Positions 63,011-64,000 of a stretch of DNA of 64,000 nt are shown piece by piece. The DNA is from Candidatus Cloacimonadales bacterium (GTDB lineage: Bacteria > Cloacimonadota > Cloacimonadia > Cloacimonadales > JAFGVF01), in the NCBI GenBank assembly GCA_963667035.1, contig OY762964.1, forward strand, positions 160,001-224,000. The letters run 5' to 3'. The position numbers and the translations under genes were made by a program. The notes beneath the pieces are model-generated. The model had not been told where the DNA came from. It saw only the letters and a list, made by a program, of their open reading frames with translations, and searched no databases. Numbering within the stretch: the first letter of the stretch is position 1; each line of letters starts with the position of its first letter.

Positions 63011-63562
63011 ATGAATCGTAGAGAAGTTAAATACAGAGACGAAGTTATCCCTGCTCTTATGAAGCATTTTAACTATAAAAATGTGAATATGGTTCCAAAG
63101 ATTGATAAGATTGTAGTAAGCATGGGTGTAGGTAAAGCGACCCAGAATAAAGCATTATTGGATAGTGCTGTAAAAGATCTTACTTCAATTACAGGTCGTA
63201 AACCTATTATTACTAAAGCTAAGAAGTCAATTTCTAACTTTAAACTTCGTGAAGGTATGCCTATCGGTTGTAAGGTAACACTTCGCGGTGAAGTAATGTG
63301 GGAGTTCTATGATCGTTTAATCTCGATAGTAATGCCTCGCATCAGAGACTTCAAAGGCTATTCTTTGAATGCTTTTGACGGACGCGGGAGTTATTCTTTA
63401 GGAATCAAAGAGCAGACAGTTTTTCCTGAGATAGATTTCGATAAAATCGATGCAGTTCGCGGGTTAAACATTACTATTGTAACCACTGCTGATAAGGATG
63501 AAGAGAGCAGAGAGCTTCTGCGTAACCTTGGATTCCCTTTCAAGAAAAGTGAAAGCAAATAA
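63011..63562 (+). CDS. rplE: 50S ribosomal protein L5
   Basis: [26 protein letters not shown]. Confidence 0.99.
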   Translation: MNRREVKYRDEVIPALMKHFNYKNVNMVPKIDKIVVSMGVGKATQNKALLDSAVKDLTSITGRKPIITKAKKSISNFKLREGMPIGCKVTLRGEVMWEFYDRLISIVMPRIRDFKGYSLNAFDGRGSYSLGIKEQTVFPEIDFDKIDAVRGLNITIVTTADKDEESRELLRNLGFPFKKSESK

Positions 63563-63573
63563 AGGAGTGAAGC

Positions 63574-63759
63574 TTGGCAAAGAAAGCTTTAATCGTAAAA
63601 CAAGCAAGAGATCCTAAATTCGACGTACGTAAGTACAATCGTTGCAAGGTATGTGGACGTCCAAGAGCTTATATGAGAGATTTTGGAATGTGTCGTCTCT
63701 GCTTCCGTAAATATGCTGCTATGGGCCAGATTCCTGGCGTAACCAGAGCAAGTTGGTAA
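63574..63759 (+). CDS. rpsN: 30S ribosomal protein S14, short zinc-binding (type Z) form
   Basis: 61 aa, RCKVCGRPR...CRLCFR; TTG start. Confidence 0.98.
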   Translation: MAKKALIVKQARDPKFDVRKYNRCKVCGRPRAYMRDFGMCRLCFRKYAAMGQIPGVTRASW

Positions 63760-63778
63760 AGAATTAAGTGGAGGAATA

Positions 63779-64000
63779 ATGATTAGTGATCCGTTAGCTG
63801 ATGCATTAACCAAAGTCAGGAATGCATATCGTGCCGGACATAAGCAGGTTGTTGTAAATCATAACAATCTGATTGAGAACATTATAAAGATTTTAGCTGA
63901 AGAGAATTTCATCAACAGCTACCAGGTCAATGAGAGAAATCCGGAAATTAAGAAAAGCCGTAAGACTGTAACATTATACTTGCGTTACACTAATACCGGA
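63779..64000 (+). CDS. rpsH: 30S ribosomal protein S8 (partial, runs off the window)
   Basis: GGAGG RBS, MISDPLADALTKVRNA... Confidence 0.95.
   Translation, partial: MISDPLADALTKVRNAYRAGHKQVVVNHNNLIENIIKILAEENFINSYQVNERNPEIKKSRKTVTLYLRYTNTG

Overview
Low-GC bacterial chromosomal window. It is most consistent with Cloacimonadota (inference from eight secreted proteins ending in a 'N(Y/F)PNPF...G.Y.Y....KK.ILMK'-type T9SS type-A/FlgD-like C-terminal domain, plus lpxB and bamA). Housekeeping genes: groEL with a CIRCE-like operator, lpxB, bamA, ispD, an enlarged glmS-like gene, ispF, mgsA, and the S10-spc ribosomal cluster from rpsJ to a partial rpsH. These are interleaved with accessory DNA. 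Top observation: a 3.4-kb transposase-free cassette (8525-11940). It is bounded by the same terminal inverted repeats as an IS481-like element elsewhere in the window (42613-44001), is flanked by a perfect 15-bp target duplication, and carries two paralogous secreted beta-propeller genes. An ~18-kb accessory stretch between ispF and rpsJ holds: a REP-like 86-bp direct repeat bracketing an ECF sigma module and a 41-bp hairpin tandem array; an IS1182 inserted in a terminator hairpin with a 23-bp duplication; a hypothetical gene with a structured leader and possible uORF; the IS481-like element; a large S8 protease; and three tandem, mosaic secreted beta-helix paralogs. All calls were made by eye from the sequence and ORF track; no searches were run.
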